DNA of 64,000 bases from Asterias rubens (GCF_902459465.1 NC_047063.1:868001-932000), one strand, 5' to 3'; positions 47,001-60,077 are shown, numbered from the stretch's first letter. The notes: a model not told the origin generated them from the letters alone. Program-made: numbers and translations.

Positions 47001-50000
47001 TACTACTATTATATATAAAGAAAGGACAGAGACCCCTATGCCCCTACCCTACCCACCACAAATTGGAGCCCTGTGGATTTACAGACTCTCTGGCAGAGGC
47101 AGTTCTTCTATGGTTCCTCTCTGTGCATAGAGCAAGCACTGTTGTGACCTTCAGTACTAATGGATTATTACCCATAATTAACCTGTCCATGGAGCTGTTT
47201 ACAACCACAAAGAGTAAAAGGGAAAGTCCCATTTCTTTACCATGGAGTGGCACTGATTGACCTTCAGGCCATAATGGTACAGGCTGTTTTGAGCAAACCT
47301 AATGGCTGTTGCCATGGAGTGCAAATAATTTTGTGGGTGAAAGTTTGGCTATGTTATTACTAACTTATTGACAATTGTGGGAAACTAAGCTTGCTTGGGC
47401 CGAGAAACAATAGAAAACAACTTCCTGATGCAACATCAATTATAAATGTAGATCACAGAATACAGGGTTGAATATGGGACGTAAAGCCGTTGGTCCCGTG
47501 TGTTGTGTAACGCATAGAACCCAGTGTACTAATCGAAAAGAGAAGGGGTTAGCCCTGGTGTTCCTGGCGGTTGCTGAGTGCGCCATAAATTGATTGACAC
47601 ATGTAGATGATTGAGTTTGAAGGTGCACCCTTTGTATTTTTAGAGGAAGGGTACATGTACACATATCATAATATTGGCTCTAAGTCTGCTATGTACTCTT
47701 GAGGCAGTGGCATAATGATACATTTTACACTAGTATAGCACCCCCCCCCCCTTTTCTGCTTGTTACCCCACAATCAGAAGGGGGGGGGTGCTATACTAGT
47801 GTACATTTGTGCAAGTTTGGATGTCACCTTTAAGGGGAAGGGGGGGGTAAAGTTTTTGAAATTTTTCTTATGGGGGGGGGATCCTCTCCCTGGTCCCAAG
47901 CAGGGTGAGCACTGAAAATCCATAAATTCGTGTATGCTGGTAAAACAGGAACTAGTCTTATTTTTTTGTCCGAGATGTAGTTACTATGTCAATGTTAAAC
48001 TACCAAGTACTGTATATTGTCGATAGTATAAATTGTTGTTTTAAAAAGTGGCTGTTTCCTTTGACTATAAACTGCTGACAATTTCTGGCTAATCCAGGCA
48101 CAGCAAAGTATGTGAACTTAAATGTGTGCATACTGAAAACTAAGAAGCTTGTTTCAACAGCAATGATCATTGGAATGGACACAGGCTTATTTTGAATACA
48201 ACAGGTACATTTGATTTTTTTTTTTTTTATTTCTATCCATTCTCAAATTTACATCAAAAATGCCTGGAAACATTTACTGCTTTTTTTCATTGACGTGTTG
48301 TTAATATTTGAATGAAATTTGAGGGAAATAAGGCAATTTATAACAAATGTATTAAGTCAAAAGGTGACTGTAGGAAATTGGTTTCCTGTCAAATGCCACA
48401 ATGCTAATCATTCAATTAATAAACATATCCTGTTTTCACTGCATGAATCTTTTTATACATGTAAAATTACAACTATGGTGAGCAAAACCTAAATAAAATA
48501 CAGTAAGGCAAAAAAGGAGAATTTCTGTGTCCAGTTACCTGACTGATCTTAACTTAATGCAGCAAACCTATACCATTTAGTTGGCTTTAAAAAACACAAT
48601 AATAAACAAATAAATACATAAATAAACATGTAATACCCTGGACAAAATGTCTGACTTTGACCAACTTAAGATAAATGATCTAAATTAACTTCACAGGTTT
48701 GCACAATCTGTAAGTTGCAAAATCACCCATAATTCTTTCATCAAGTAAATTTAATAATATAAAATTCACTGAACAGTTTTGCATGACAGTAATACCAACA
48801 ATAACGGTCATCATGTGATTGCATAAATATCACTTCCACCCTTTTCCCCTTGGTCTACGATGTACACTCATTGATTTATATTAGGACAACACATTCCAAA
48901 TCATGCTTACATAACTTGTTTCATAAAATAAGTTTTTTTTTAACAGTTTCTTTATATTTGATTGTTTTTCTTCAGGGTTTTGTGGATGGATGGGAAACTA
49001 CATGCCACCTACAACAGTCAACCGGTATGTACCAACACTTAGTCTTGTTGCAAGACGCTGTTATTCACTATCACTCAACTATTGTGATCCCCCGCTCCAC
49101 TTCTCCCAAGTTGTGGACATTGCTTTGGTGCCCTTAACCATGTTCAGGTCTGACTGATACTTCTCGGAGGCAACAAAGGTGGTTGCCTCCATTCCCCCTG
49201 GTCACTGCCTTGGTGCCCTTGAAATTCTCAAGTAGAAATTTACAATTTCCTCATAGGGTGCCCTTTGCCAAAGAGAAAATGCCTAGGTGCCCTTGCCCTT
49301 TCATAAAAAGAAGCATACAGGCCTGCATGTTCTTTCCCTCATTTTCGTAGCTCCATGCTCATACATTGGGCTAGAAATGCCCTGCCCACATTACATGGTT
49401 TAATACAAGTCATAATTTGTACTATGCCTGTACACAGTGTTTAACACGAAAACATTTTTAAAAACCAATAATAGATATTTTCTTGTTCTGTTACAATCAG
49501 CCAACTGTGTAGACTCAGAGGTCGGGGATGTACCGTCTGCTCCAAGCAAGCTCATAGTTAATGATTTTGTTTATGAAACCCAAGGCACCAGGTTACTTGC
49601 TTTGAATATCACTTGGGTGCTTCCTGTTACTGGTATGTATGTGGTCATTTCCATTTGGTACTTAATATGTGTGGCAACCTCCAACCCCCACGTCCCCATC
49701 CCCATCCCCAGTTAAAGACAGGGGTGAGGGTTAGAATCCCAGATTATGCAAGATGATTGTTTTACTACAATTGCCTCTCTCCACTAAGGGAGGGGGGGGG
49801 CGGGGTTAGTGGGTACCTGCGATGGTAGAGTTTGAAAAAGCCTTTGGATTCCTTAGCAGCTCGGGCTGTATACTCAAGTAAGAGCTGAGAAAGATGGCAG
49901 GAATGGCCCAACGACCAGGGCGCTATATGTATTAGTGCATCGATTCATGATTGTAAAGATTCATGATTGTAAAATGTGCTACATGAGAATTTGTTTTAAA

Positions 50001-53000
50001 CACTTTCACAAACTTGTTAATTATCAAGAACTAGTTACTATTGTTATTTAACCTAAGTTGTCTTGCTCCATTGTTCAATGAAGATGGACTTGACTAATGA
50101 AACCACTTTGTCCCAAAAGTCCTCCAAACACAAGACTTTAAAGCCAAAGAATGCCAAAAATCACTTGGCCAAATGAAACGGAATAAAATCAAATCAACCG
50201 ACAGGAATTTGAAACTGAATGATGCATATGTGATTATTGTTTTGATGCAGGGAATTTCACTGGACTTGAAGGTTTCTACGTATACGTCATGAAAACAAAC
50301 TATCCAGTTGGCTACTCTGAATGCAATGGAATCCGTTTTGATCGTCCGCTCACAATGTCAACATCCTTTGAATCTGAGGTGAGACGTAAATCATGTCAAA
50401 ATCAAACTGCACAGTTGGAGTCAAATATGAGCGTGAAAAGCAGCACAAAGGGTTTGCGTAACCTGACACTTCAAGCCGTTAACCTTTTTTTTTGCTGCAC
50501 CGTAACTTGCTCTGATTAATGTGCATGGTAGGAGATTTTGTGGCCCCGGAAATTAAAGATTGTCTATTCACGTGTCACAAGAGATTTCCTAGGAATGCCT
50601 GCCATTCTATTGTTATTCCATCTGCCATGCACACACAAGAAGAAGAAGAAAGAGTCGTGTAGTCATGATAGTATGGGATGCTGGGCGTGGTATAATAAGT
50701 CGGTATGTAATTGGTAACTAATTCTTAATGCTTTCTTTGCAGATTCTATTCCAGTTTTCCTGTTTGCGGAACATTAAAATGGACAGCCATTACAGTATTG
50801 AGATAACATCAATTGGGTCAAAACAATCCAATAAACGAGATGATTATCACACATCAAGTAAGTAGGCCTTTTTATAGTCCCCTAATTTGTCTGCTTACTG
50901 TAGATTTAGTAATTTATGGAGATTGAATCCTCATCTGTTGATATGAAGAAAGGGGGTCATCTCAAAAGGTGTTGAAATTATGACACAAAATGTCAAATTT
51001 CCGATATGACCAGTGTAGTATCTTGCCTATCAGAATGGGCCTTGAGTGTCAACTCGTTTATTCACGTCATCCGACGTGAAGGTGTTATAAGGAAGGACAT
51101 GTAGCATTAACTATAAATATTAATGTGTAAAGCTTTCAGTGGTTTATTTCCAAACTAGGTTGTGTACGCAAACCAGGAGTTGGAGGGTGTCCCTTGGTCA
51201 TTGGTAAGTGTGTATAAATTATAACAAATCTTATCAATCCAAATATTTTGATGAGGTGATCCCTTGGCTGCCGTTTCCCAGGTTACATTGCAAACTTGGG
51301 TGCTATTCCTGTCAATATGGCAGCCAAAGGTTTTAGGGTTTCTGACTGGCACCCCCCCTGCCCCCCCCCACAAAAAAAAGAAGATCCCTGCCCCCTCCCC
51401 CAAACAAAGATTATGACAAAATAGAGAGACCACCATTACAGCTAGATAGCTCAATTGGTAGAGCACTTGCGCATTAATCTGCACTGTCAGGTTCATATCC
51501 CATTCTAGTCAATTTGTCTTACTTCGACCAAAATTGAAGTTAAGAAAAATCCTTGCATTCATTCCTTGAAAAAAAAATGTATTTTGAGAAAATAAAGTTC
51601 TAAGAGATGTACACTAATGTTTTAGGTTCCGTGGAGCTCTAAATAGTTGTTTTGGTCAGTGAAGTTTTACAGCAGTATCGTGTAGTCAGGATCCCTGTTC
51701 AATTATGGCTTATTGAATCTCAATAAATTCAGCATTTTGTTTTGATCATAGATTTTTCTAAATCCTTGAATCTTCTTTTATTTGTGCAAATTTTTCTCCA
51801 CAGAACCAGCGGAGGAATGGAAACCTTCACAGGTACCAACCATCATAGTGTCGTACAACACCGTGTCTGTAAACACCGTGTCTGTTTTGTTCAGTACATA
51901 TCCAGGGGATAGGTGGATAAACTACCAGATTAATCTACAACCCTGTAATGGAAGATCAACTCCCGCAGCACTATCTCAAATTGTCAACACCAATGGCTCT
52001 GTAAGTTTTTGTCTTGGCTGAATGAACCTGCCCAAAGGTGGTCTAAAATAATGGTGGGGTGTCATGGCCGAGTGGATAACACCAAACTCAAACTCTTGGG
52101 TTTCTGTTCGAGTCCCCGTCGTGACACTTGTGTCCCTGGGCAAGACACTTAACTATAATTGCTACTCTCCACCCATGGGTAAATGGGTACCTGTGAGGAC
52201 AGAGATGGTTCTTGTGATGGGTTTAGCTTAGGATCACATACATAACGTGTTTCACAGGCTGTATTACTCCTGAGGGAGCTGATATGGTTTTAGGAATGAA
52301 TAAAGGCCAAGCGACCAGGATTAATACTGATGGAAGCACTTTGAGATGCCCTTTGGGTGTGTGAAGCACGGTAAAAATCGATTATTATTATTATTATCCT
52401 TATTATTATTACAAATATTGATTTAATGAGTGCATTATCACAGACTATTTTTCTTTTCAGACTGGAATATACGTATATGTGTTTAAGGATGTACCACCAG
52501 GTTGTTATAGTGCACGTGTAAGTAGCACATTGTTGCAAACCATGTAAAATATGAAATCTAGGTTTTCAGTAGGTCGATCTGGGCTTGAACGCATTACAGT
52601 CCTCTTTCATTTCCATAAGAGAGTGTCACTGCTCACACATGGTGCGTTCGTTTAGCTTTCCTGGGTCGACCCCGGTCTGCCCCCGTCCATTCGAATAGCT
52701 TTGCCGGGACTCACCCGGGTCAGCCCCCAGTGCCCTGCTTGTGGAGTGGGTCACTTGGGGGTGACCTGAGGTGTATGCCGTCATCACGAGAGAGCGAGTG
52801 TGATAATTCGATTAGCTCTTGTCAGGGGCTCACTGGAGTGAGCACTAGGGGGTTGACCCAGGGAAGCTTATCGAACGCACCCACAAATTTGTGGGGGAAA
52901 AAAAACAGTGAGAAACTGTGGAATAATAGCAAAATGTAGCTTGAGCAATTTTGCTTAAGGATAAATTCTTTCAGGGTATGTCAGTGTTTATATAACCGTC

Positions 53001-56000
53001 GGACTAATCCTGTTCTATGGAATATATACGTGCCATGACATTGTAGGTTACCCTCTACCAGAAGCCAACTGGGGGAATCGTTGATGGACGTCCAGTTCGG
53101 TCTGCACCTTTCAATGTTACCAGAGTGACAGTCGGGCCGACTGAGGAACCAACAACTTCACCTGATGCTGAAGACAATAATGGTAACTTGTTTTTGTTTA
53201 CAAATTATTTTATCGCATTAAAAGCCTTTTTTTAAAGGAAAGTTACATTTGTAGATTTTTAAGTGAGAAAAAACTCTATCATAGTTTATCAAAAGACACC
53301 TTAGCTTAATGCAATTTGTTCATGTCATGGCTGGTTTTTGTTAACTGAAAATAAAAACAAATGGTGCTCAGGAAAAAAAAGACGCAAAAATAGACCAAAC
53401 TTGTATCGGGCATTCATTTTCCAACTACCACCTATGTTCGCTGTGCGAGCGGCAGCGCTAACACACCAGTGTGCCTTTTCCATTCTTAATATAAAATAAA
53501 AAGTATGTTTTACTATAATTAATTTTTTCCTCGTTAAGGGCCTACTGGACTTTATGTGTTACATCCAAGAAAAATTATGCTCTAAACATTTTTTCTTGTT
53601 ATCATGAGGTTCATCAGTTTTTTGAACAAGTGACTGTAAAATGTCTTTCCAAATATGATTTTACAAAAACCTTTTCTTTTGTTTATGATGCAGTTATCAG
53701 AATTTCATCTCAGAAACCAGGAGGACTCGCAACACCAGCTGATGTTGGTAAAAACATTGGTAACTTTAAAACACCGATTATTTGTTAATATTTTAAGTAT
53801 TTGTATTCTAAACTAGAATTACTCTTGAAGTATTTTTAAAGGATTATGACATGATTAATATTTGGAGGAATAAATTACACTCAGTGGTTTTCCCAAAACA
53901 CCATTCAACCAACATGTACAATCTTTGGCAAATTCCACTGGCTCACTTATAAATTTGAAGCGACAGAAAACTGTTAGTGTTAGTGCCTCGCATTTCACTC
54001 ACCTAAACTTTAACATGTTTTCTGCATATGATGGAATGTTTTGGATACGAAATGTGTCACACTTGATGCTTATTGCAATTGAAAGCAGTGGTCACCAATA
54101 TATGTGACCATCCACCACCAATAGGCTGTAAAGTCGCACTTGCACATTGCAGAGCCTATTAAATTGTTTGGGTTTTCAAAAAAACTTTGAGAAATCTGAA
54201 TAAAAAAATATGTGGCTTTGAGAAATCATAACTTTGTCAAGAAATATCTGATTTAAATGTGGATGGTATCATTTTGAAGCTGATTACACACTCTCTCAAA
54301 AAATGCATTAATCCCATAACAGTGAAAGTGTCAACTTTACAGCCCATTGGTGGTGGATGATCACATATCAACTTAAAATAGTGCAATGTGCAGTTGGAAC
54401 AGCTTGGTACGTAGAGTGTGATATGGGACCATGCTATGCTTTAATATCACTCTGTTGTTGCCATGGATAGTCCAATCAGAATGAAAGATGCAAGTTTCTT
54501 GATAACACATAATGCAAACCAGAAGTACCAAGAAAACAATTGGTTGATGTGACAACTTGTTAAGAATTCATTTGGGCAATTCCATGGTCAGTCGCATTAC
54601 ACTTTTCTGTGTCATTTCTCGATCTTGGTGCTAGTAGTTCTCAGTGAGATATTCTGTCCACTAAGTTTAAAGAGACTGATTTGTACTTGACACCCAAGGC
54701 TTTGAATTGATGATATTAGAAATGTTGTGGGCTTTGTGCTCTGGATGTTATAACGTTGTTAAAAGCGGTCAGTCGCACGCATTACACAAAAAGGACATGG
54801 TAAAAAACACACTTGTACAATTCAAAAATTTCCTCTAACCAAAAAGCTTGCAAAAGTGTCGCTATATGTAACACAAAACTCTGATACATGAGTATCCAAC
54901 AGGATACTTATAAATGGTCAGCAACTTGAACTTTTAGGTATACATGGCAAAACCATGGTCAGTCGCATTAGAGTTTTCCAGTCAATTAAGCCACGCCTAC
55001 ATGGAGCCCAAGCTGAGTTCTTATTTGGCAAAAATGGGTTCATTCCTTGTCAACAACTAAAAATAAATTGGTTTCATATGTTAGCTATAACTTCTAAGTG
55101 GAAAGAAAGTTGTGTCAAAAACGGTGTCATGTCCATGTTTGCGTGGAATTGCCCATTTGTTTATTTATTTTGTGTCATTATTAATGCCAGAGGACAAACC
55201 GAAGACATTGTTACTTGAAGGACTGATCGGAGCAGGAGTTGGCGTAGCAGTGGCTATACTTCTCCTGCTTACCTTCGTCGTTAAGAGACAAAGATCCCAG
55301 GGACAAAGCGAAATAGTCAGCCCTCAAGAGACTCCCAGAGCAGGCCTTGTCAATAACATGGTTCAGAATGATTGTGAGTACAACAACAGTAGTCAAAACT
55401 AGACGTAGTGTTTTTTGTTAATTACAAAAACACGGTGTTCGGTTGGACGTTACGTGATGACGTAGTTCAAAAACATTGAACCATAAAGATGTTTTTTATA
55501 CAATGCGTCGTTATTTTATAGTTAAGCTTGTATCACACTTTTGAACGACTTGTTTCTTCACAAATGCAATATGTTTGTGTGAGATTGACATCAGTTTTTT
55601 TGTTTGCAACTTATGAAAGCCCTTTAAAAATCTAGCTCACCCCTGCACTGGATGCTGTACACAGATTTGATAATCAACAGCGCCCTCTTTGGTGGGCAAA
55701 AAGAGAGCGCTGTTGGGAATTCCGCCACAAACTTTCGCGCCATATGATTTTTACACATTTTATTGTTATTCAATACCTGATGACGTCATTATGACGTAAT
55801 TAGGCCTGTGTTGTCTTAAAAATACTAAGGTTCAACTATCTATTGAGTTTCAAGGTTCAAATCGATCTCAATCTTGAGTTATGCCGTAGATAAGCTCAAA
55901 AGTGTTTTTTTTATGAAAAAAACACGAAGGCGAACTTTGACCCAGGGTAACGACCCGGAAGTTAAGGTGGTACGATTTTAGCGTTAACTTTTCAAATGTT

Positions 56001-59000
56001 GTCCAAGTCTTTATCTATCCGATGCCCAAGTATGAACATCATAGCTTTTATATTCGTTGAGATACAGCAACAAGCAAATGGTCCTTTTTTAACATTAAAA
56101 ACCTTGTCATGACGTCATTAATGCTGCATCATTCCAAAAAAGTGGCGGTTTCATCTTCTCACTATTGCCGATGTACACAGTAAGTTTTAAGTTTGTACAA
56201 GCTTTACTTTTGTTTAAAATTGCTTGGGAAGGTTCAGAGGTAAAGAAGAACACGAGGAAAATTAAATCTATGAACAGATTGTTGATAGCTTTTTAATTTT
56301 CACAGAAAGTAAAAGTGTAAATCTATTACATTTATACCTTTCTTTGCACAGAAAACAAATGCTAAGTTTAATACTTGTTAAAGCGATGTATTTTATTAGT
56401 AAAGAGCTAACTATGTGCAAAGTTTGAAGGTTTTGTGATCCTTGTGATGTTTAACTCAAGAGTAAACTTCTTAAAAGGTTAACTGGATTTGGGGAAACTT
56501 TATACGAAACAACAGTTTACTAATTTTAGACTTGTGAAGTAAATAACTGTAAAAGACTTATTTATTAAGTATTACAGAGGTTTCGCAAGTGTACGACACG
56601 GGTACAGATACAACTAAGATAACTGGGATGCACGTTAGATTTTGTTAGGCATTAAATAAACACTTATTTTGAAAAGCAATGATTTGTACACAAAGCTTTA
56701 CCGTGTAGCGCGCTAAACACTGCCGTGAGTGCCGGATAGAAACACCCTTCACGAGTCGATGTCACGAATCCGCTTCCCGGTGTTTGATCAAAACATAACC
56801 AATGTTCGTCTTTTTCTGGTTGCATTTTCTCACATAATTAAAAGTCATACGAATCGCTGCAGTAGGTGGCCATCTCAGCGAAGCTTCGTCTTTAATTCCG
56901 TTTTGATAATTAAGCCATGAGAAGGGCGAACAGGGGAACAATTTGACGCCGAATATAATATGAGCGGACTTCAATTGTAAAATGTTGGTAAACCATTAAA
57001 CTAGCGCTACGTTGTAAGTACAATGACCTGAGACTTGTCAAAACATGAATCGAAATCACGCGTACAGTCAAACGATGCACTATTCCGAGCAGAACACACA
57101 GGCCTCGTGGACTGAACAAGGTGTGATCAATGGAGCGGAACGGCCAGGCAAAGCGCTTTTGCAGTGTACGCAGTTATCACGCGGGTCAACACATCCGTGG
57201 GCTTTATCGTCCGATTTCGACCAGAGTTTCAGGTCAAATTGGTATCATCTCTGTGGGAAAGTTTGAGCAGGATCACTCATCTATAACGGGATGCAAAATT
57301 TATGTTGAAATGTTACGTAGTTTTAGAGATCAAAAATTGTAAAATTGTTCAACCTTTGGTTTGAACCGGAAGTCAAGGTCAAATGGGGTCATTTTGTGTG
57401 TAGCGTTTTTTGAAGTTTGATCGACCTGTCCGATGATATGTAGATTGTCAAAATCCACCATGTGGTTCAGGAGTTATGATTTCTTTAAAATATTTAACTT
57501 TGATTTGTTGTAATTCAAAACCTGATGACGTCATCATGACATCATTAAGTTTGTGTGGTCTTATTATTAAGGTTCAATTGTCTGATGAGTTTCAATGTTA
57601 AATTCCATATCAATCTTGAGTTATGACAACAAATTGTCTTTTTTTACAAAAAAACACAAAAAACACAAAGGCAGAGTTTGACCTTCCGGTACGACCAGAA
57701 GATGAGGTCATACGATTTTGGCGTTAACTTTTCAAATGTTGTCCAAGTCTTTATCTATGTGATGCCCAAGTATGAACATCATAGCATTAATATTCGTTGA
57801 GATACAGCGAAAAGCAAATGTCGTTTTTCAACTTTAAAAACCTTGCCATGACGTCATCAATGACGTCATCATTCCCAAAAAGTGGCGGTTTCGTCTACTC
57901 ACTATTGCCGATGTACATAGTAAGTTTTAAGTTTGTACAAGCTTTACTTTTGTTTAAAATTGCTGGAGAAGGTTCGCAGGGAAAGAAGAACGCGAGGAAA
58001 AAAAAAAACAAAAAACAGAACAATAACAATAGTTGTTCGGCTGTTGGCCGAACACCTAATTAAATTAAACTGTTACTAGCAAGCAGAGACAGCTAATGTT
58101 GGGAAAAAAGTTAGTGGCCCATCACAAAATCTGGTGGCCAAAGAGGTTATTTTAATGTGAAACTGTTCAGCCTCGTTATGCCAGTAACAAAGTATTAGTA
58201 AGCTGCGCACAAAATAGCTAAGCACCATAGAATATGCTTCCACATGGATAAGATTACCAGCCAAAATAACATTTCATTGTGTATCATTTGTAACCGGGAA
58301 TTTAATGCACCATTTTCCGGTAAAGCAGCTCTATGAAATTGGTTTATCTGCACTTAAAATTTTGCCTACCAATACCATTGATTTTGGAATGTAGGTAAAG
58401 TTCTTACTCGCCTTAATTTCTCCATATACCTGCCCCTTACACGACCCAAAGCTATCCTGTGTAATGTTATAATATAATATATAATATAGAAGTCTTATAG
58501 CACACTATCTACCAACAAGGTACTCAAAGTGCTAGGGATATACAAACTTTCAGAAAGATAGGTTATTGAAGTGATGATAATTCTGAGACCCAATTATGTA
58601 GCACCTTATAAGGGTTAACAAGGTGCTACGGCGAATACAAAAGCCACAGCCAGGAACACCAGGGCAAACCCCTTCTCTTTTCGAAAAGTGCACTGGGTTT
58701 TTTACATGCGTTACACAACACATGGGACGAACGGCTTAACGTCCCATCCGAAGGACGAAGCAATGGTTAAGTGTCTTGATTAAGGACACAAGTGTCACAG
58801 CTGGGGACTCGAACCAACACTCTGCATATCAGAAACAGTAGAGCTTTTAATATTATTTTCTTGTTTATTGTGTTGCAGTGACGGGACCAGGCTACTGCGA
58901 TACCTATGGACATGGTGATAGTGTCAGTGTGTTCCGATCGGAATGTTCACAATGCTGTGATTATGCTGGTTACCCGGACAACCCAGAAGACTTTAAATCT

Positions 59001-59030
59001 GTCACTAATATGTCTGGGGTTACAGTGTAG
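44028..59030 (+). CDS. Type-I membrane protein with IL-17-receptor-like FnIII ectodomain and a short SEFIR-less tail, 440 aa. join(44028-44147,48976-49024,49501-49632,50251-50378,50743-50857,51804-52000,52461-52517,53047-53182,53694-53747,55191-55373,58879-59030)
   Basis: All 10 introns are GT-AG, phases chain without a stop, and the total is 1323 nt. It has an N-terminal signal peptide, sequons (NIT, NFT, NGS, NVT), a TM segment (LIGAGVGVAVAILLLLTFVV followed by KRQR) and a stop at 59030. Ectodomain pattern LNITW..P / LEGFYV / C / F.FSCL..Y.IEI / W.P / VSVLF resembles IL17RA/RD FnIII modules (recalled similarity). Confidence 0.8.
45181..45554 (+). mobile_element. Kolobok-like non-autonomous DNA transposon (MITE)
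   Basis: TTAA on both sides, AG..CT termini, TIR agacagtggacactattggt / accaatagtgtccactgcct. Confidence 0.8.
45753..46134. repeat. G-rich 33-36-bp minisatellite, ~12 copies
   Basis: Unit ggggttctgagaggggtggggctac(t/a)g(t)gca(tc)aa. Confidence 0.95.
47468..47600 (+). mobile_element. SINE fragment (Deu/Nin-like domain)
   Basis: Homologous to the SINE body at 2943-3029/3197-3230. Confidence 0.55.
47728..47801. mobile_element. 74-bp fold-back element with CACTA termini and TA flanks
   Basis: ta-cactagtatagcacccccccc ... ggggggggtgctatactagtg-ta. Confidence 0.65.
52060..52410 (+). mobile_element. tRNA-derived SINE, second family (CORE-like body) with (tta)n tail
   Basis: gtcatggccgagtgg...ttcgagtcccc...gggcaagacacttaac...ccacccatgggtaaatgggtacc. 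Related reversed copy at ~61640-61900 and fragment at ~49790-49960. Confidence 0.55.
52641..52881. mobile_element. MITE with ~30-bp imperfect TIRs
   Basis: ggtgcgttcgtttagctttcctgggtcgacccc ... ggggttgacccagggaagcttatcgaacgcacc. Confidence 0.7.
55399..58060 (-). mobile_element. Non-autonomous Helitron/Helentron-like element with internal ~490-bp direct repeats
   Basis: On the minus strand it ends CTAG|T with an 8-bp-stem hairpin just inside. The other end has the hairpin tgttcggc/gccgaaca. Sub-terminal IR ggtgttcgg (55434) / ccgaacacc (58048). Blocks ~55775-56265 and ~57520-58005 are repeated at an offset of ~1740. No Rep/helicase ORF. Confidence 0.55.
58490..58835 (-). mobile_element. tRNA-derived SINE (Deu/Nin-like domain) just upstream of the last IL17R-like exon
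   Basis: Reverse B-box (ggggactcgaacc), body shared with 47468-47600, (ata)n tail. Confidence 0.6.
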
Positions 59031-60077
59031 GTACAAACTTACATGTATCTGTAAACAATTGTCTCAATCATGTTGTATTTGTCTTAATTCCATAGTACTC
59101 AGAACACTTAATGATACATGGCCTACTCAGTAAAATAAACTTGGTATATGCAGTAAAACTTGGGTGAAAGCTTAGGGGGACACAGAGTGGTGCACCGTTT
59201 TTTCTTGGGGAGGGAGGGGGGAGGGGGGGAGACTTTGAAATTGTAGTTTCCGTTTGCATTTATCCAAGACAGGCCCCTTTTAAAGTGTACTCTTTATGTC
59301 ATAAGATTTATAACCTGGCATGGAGGTTAAAAGAAAAATACATTGTGTGCATAAATATAGAGAAATGGTTTAAAAACATTGTACATAAAGTATTTCACCA
59401 ATTAGTTATCAAAAGTCCATATTACAAATTGGGGGTGGGTGGGGGTACAGAGATCAATCAGGGGGAGGGGGATGTGCCCCCCCCAACCCCTTATAGTTAC
59501 GCCACTGGTTTTACTACCTTGGTTGAAAGAGCAAGTTGAGCAAATTCCTCTTGCTGATAGTAATTGAAAATTTGACTGGCCCGAGATGGTGTTTGCTATG
59601 CAAATATGAGCAATTTCAAGTATTTTGTGAAAATTAGTTGGAAAGATTATGAGCAACTTGCAGGCCCGGCTTAAACAAAATAGTAACGTAAATCCTTATA
59701 ATATGTTTAGCCCCTAAAGCATGGTGGCACGTTTTCATAATTGACAATTAAAATATGAGCTTGTCCTTAATTTTTTTTCCCTGTTTTTCAGTTGACCCTG
59801 TGTGTGTGCATAATCTAGATTTTAGTTTTTATTTTTTTTAATTTTTACTATTTTGAATATATTATATATATATCGTCATTTTTGGGTTAAATTGCTTTGT
59901 ACAGCGCACTGATGCCTCTGCTTTGTACTATTATTATTGACAAGTTGTATGCGTGATACTGTGTTTATTTCAAAAGGCTTCGGATACTTAAGGGTTTTGT
60001 ATTAATTGTGATATTTCTACTTCAATAGCGATTTTAAAGGTCAACTTACACGGATTTTAAGTACTATATTGAAATAA

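Noticed and set aside
51436-51530. tRNA-like sequences here and at ~5415-5530 and ~29880-29965
   Set aside because: Degenerate A/B boxes with no complete cloverleaf, continuing into SINE bodies; not tRNA genes.
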